A program made the position numbers and the translations under genes. A stretch of 64,000 nt of DNA from NCBI RefSeq assembly GCF_009914755.1, contig NC_060932.1, one strand, 5' to 3'. Below the pieces are notes generated by a model. It made no database searches. It saw only the letters and a list, made by a program, of their open reading frames with translations, and was not told the origin of the DNA. Origin of the DNA: the human T2T-CHM13v2.0 reference genome, Homo sapiens. Positions 42,688 through 64,000 of the stretch are shown in pieces. Position 1 is the stretch's first letter. Every line of letters begins with the position of its first letter.

Positions 42688-43263
42688 GTAGAAAAGATGA
42701 ATAGCTGTAATGAAATACAAACCGTTCCTATACACAGTAAACTTACTAAGAACTGCTAATCCTTCTCCAGGTTCTTAGAATCTGGGTACAGCATTATAGA
42801 AAGTAACCACGCTATGAAAACACACACCCAAAACCCGATGGGTGGCAATTGTGATAGATTAGGAAGACAAAACAGATTCAGAAGTAGCAGAGAATACTGC
42901 ACATTTTCTTGGAAAATTTCTTAATTGTTCAGTGCTTTCTGACAAGTTTCCCCAGCCCAATTTATCTCTTAGCTATTCTCTGCTACTTAGTCCTGTCTTC
43001 TGACAATCATCATATGGGGACGATCATCTGCCTTACAGTGTAACATGTTTTTCCTAACACAGCCGCATTTTATCTGCCCTAAGAGAATGGCAACTAATGG
43101 CTTTCAATGAAGTCACCATGATTTAGAAAGTTTAAAACCACAAATTTTCCATGTGGTAAAACTTCTAATTACTAACATTGCACATTCACCAGTCCGTTTA
43201 AAAGTTTGGTTTAAAAATGCATTAAATAGAGTTCAATTTAATATTCAGGAGAGGAAAAGGCAC

Positions 43264-62575
<19,312 letters not shown>

Positions 62576-63659
62576 TTAACTTCGCAAACTTAGTATGCAA
62601 AAGCTAGGGGCTTAACGTGTAGACCATCCCTGTGCATTCTTGAAAAATGCATTGTAAGAAAAAGAAAAGTAGGCTGCTGACTTGTTTTCATAAAGTATTT
62701 GTTCAGCTATGTATAAACAGTTCCAAGATCAAGGAGGGGAAATTATTAAATACACTGAGCTATTACACTACCCTCCACAATATGACATAACCTAAACAAA
62801 TACAAAAGTGTAGCGCAAATATATAAATATTACATGTTAATAGGTAATATTTATACAGTAACAAAGAATCCCTCCAAATGTGCTGTCTCCATGCATTTAA
62901 AAACCCATGGCCATCTGGGAAAGCTTATTTCTTTTATTATTTATGAAATTAAAGCAATCTTTTAGTTTTCTTTTAGGCTTGGAAGAGATGTACTACTGCT
63001 AATTTGTCAATGACTACATATTATTTATGCATGTGAAGACTAAGGAAAAGAAAAGAAATTGTTAAAGAAGAAAACAGGCATTTGGCAGGAGGACCAATTC
63101 TCAAACTAAAAGAACCAGACCTGCCCCCTGAAATACCTCAGGAAAAATGAGATCTTAGATAAATGCAGCAATGAGAACTTCCCTTTCAGAGTGTAAAATG
63201 AATTAACTGTCCTACAAGTGGATTTTCCATTTTGTTCAGAAAATTCTGCTTTCAACCTTTCCTGATGCATTAAGCATCTTAACTCTTAATATTTATTCTC
63301 ATCTACTTTTACCAAGTTTCTTCTTTAATCAGCTACTAGGAAAGGGCTTCAAAAATCAAAACACACTTCCCCCTCGTTTTCTACTTTTGAAACCCCTCAG
63401 AAAAAGTATGAACAATCTTAGGAATAAACTCAGTGAGAACTGACAGTTTCTTAGAAAATGGATATTTTAGATCATGGCAAAGTTTTTGGCTTGAGATTTT
63501 AGGACTCACCATGAAAGTTGATCTTTTTATTGTAATCTTGTTATAGTTAAAAAAAATAAAATTTAAAAACCTAGATCATGAGACAGGAAATTAAAGTAAA
63601 CTTGTAACAAAGCTATACTTATACATAAAGTTACCTTCAATAGCTTAATGTATGAATAA

Positions 63660-63730
63660 AATACTAGCTATATATAACTATATATAAACTATATATAACT
63701 ACATAGATATATATAATATATATATATAAA
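63660..63730. repeat. Degenerate (TA)n repeat
   Basis: Direct reading of the sequence. Confidence 0.85.
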
Positions 63731-63897
63731 CCTACTTTAAAATAAAATATGTTCCCTACTGAAAGCCAAGTATTCCTCCTTGAAGTAAAATTTCATTTCT
63801 AAGGGAAGATGTACTTTACTACAAATTTCACAAATAGTTTTGTGGTACACTAAAATAACAAACACATTAAGATGATATTAATAAAATCCCAATATCC

Positions 63898-64000
63898 TTT
63901 TTTGTTTGTTTGTTTTTTTGAGACAGGGTCTCACTCTGTCACCCAGGCTGAATTGCAGTGGTGTGATCACTGCCCACTGCAGCCTTGACCTCCCAGGCTC
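63898..64000 (-). mobile_element. Alu (AluJ-like), cut by the window end
   Basis: (TTTG)n tail, then GAGACAGGGTCTCACTCTGTCACCCAGGCTG. Confidence 0.9.

Overview
Human (primate) genomic DNA, recognisable as the SDCBP-NSMAF locus (8q12). The + strand holds the complete SDCBP (syntenin-1) gene: a CpG-island promoter with non-coding exon 1 (~12.3-12.45 kb), 8 coding exons joining to a 298-aa ORF, and an AATAAA at 41988. The - strand holds the last 19 exons of NSMAF (FAN; BEACH + WD40 region), converging tail-to-tail with SDCBP. NSMAF introns carry a full-length RPS26 retrocopy with an intact ORF, a CCA-tailed and polyadenylated retroposed tRNA-Glu(CTC), and a small palindromic AT-rich repeat. The rest is typical interspersed repeat (Alu, L1, MaLR LTR, Tigger/MER DNA transposons). 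I find no clear new multi-gene system. The best leads are an L1-derived in-frame upstream exon that could N-terminally extend syntenin, a candidate poison exon, the palindrome and the two retrocopies. Repeat subfamily names come from memory of consensus sequences and need RepeatMasker/Dfam confirmation.
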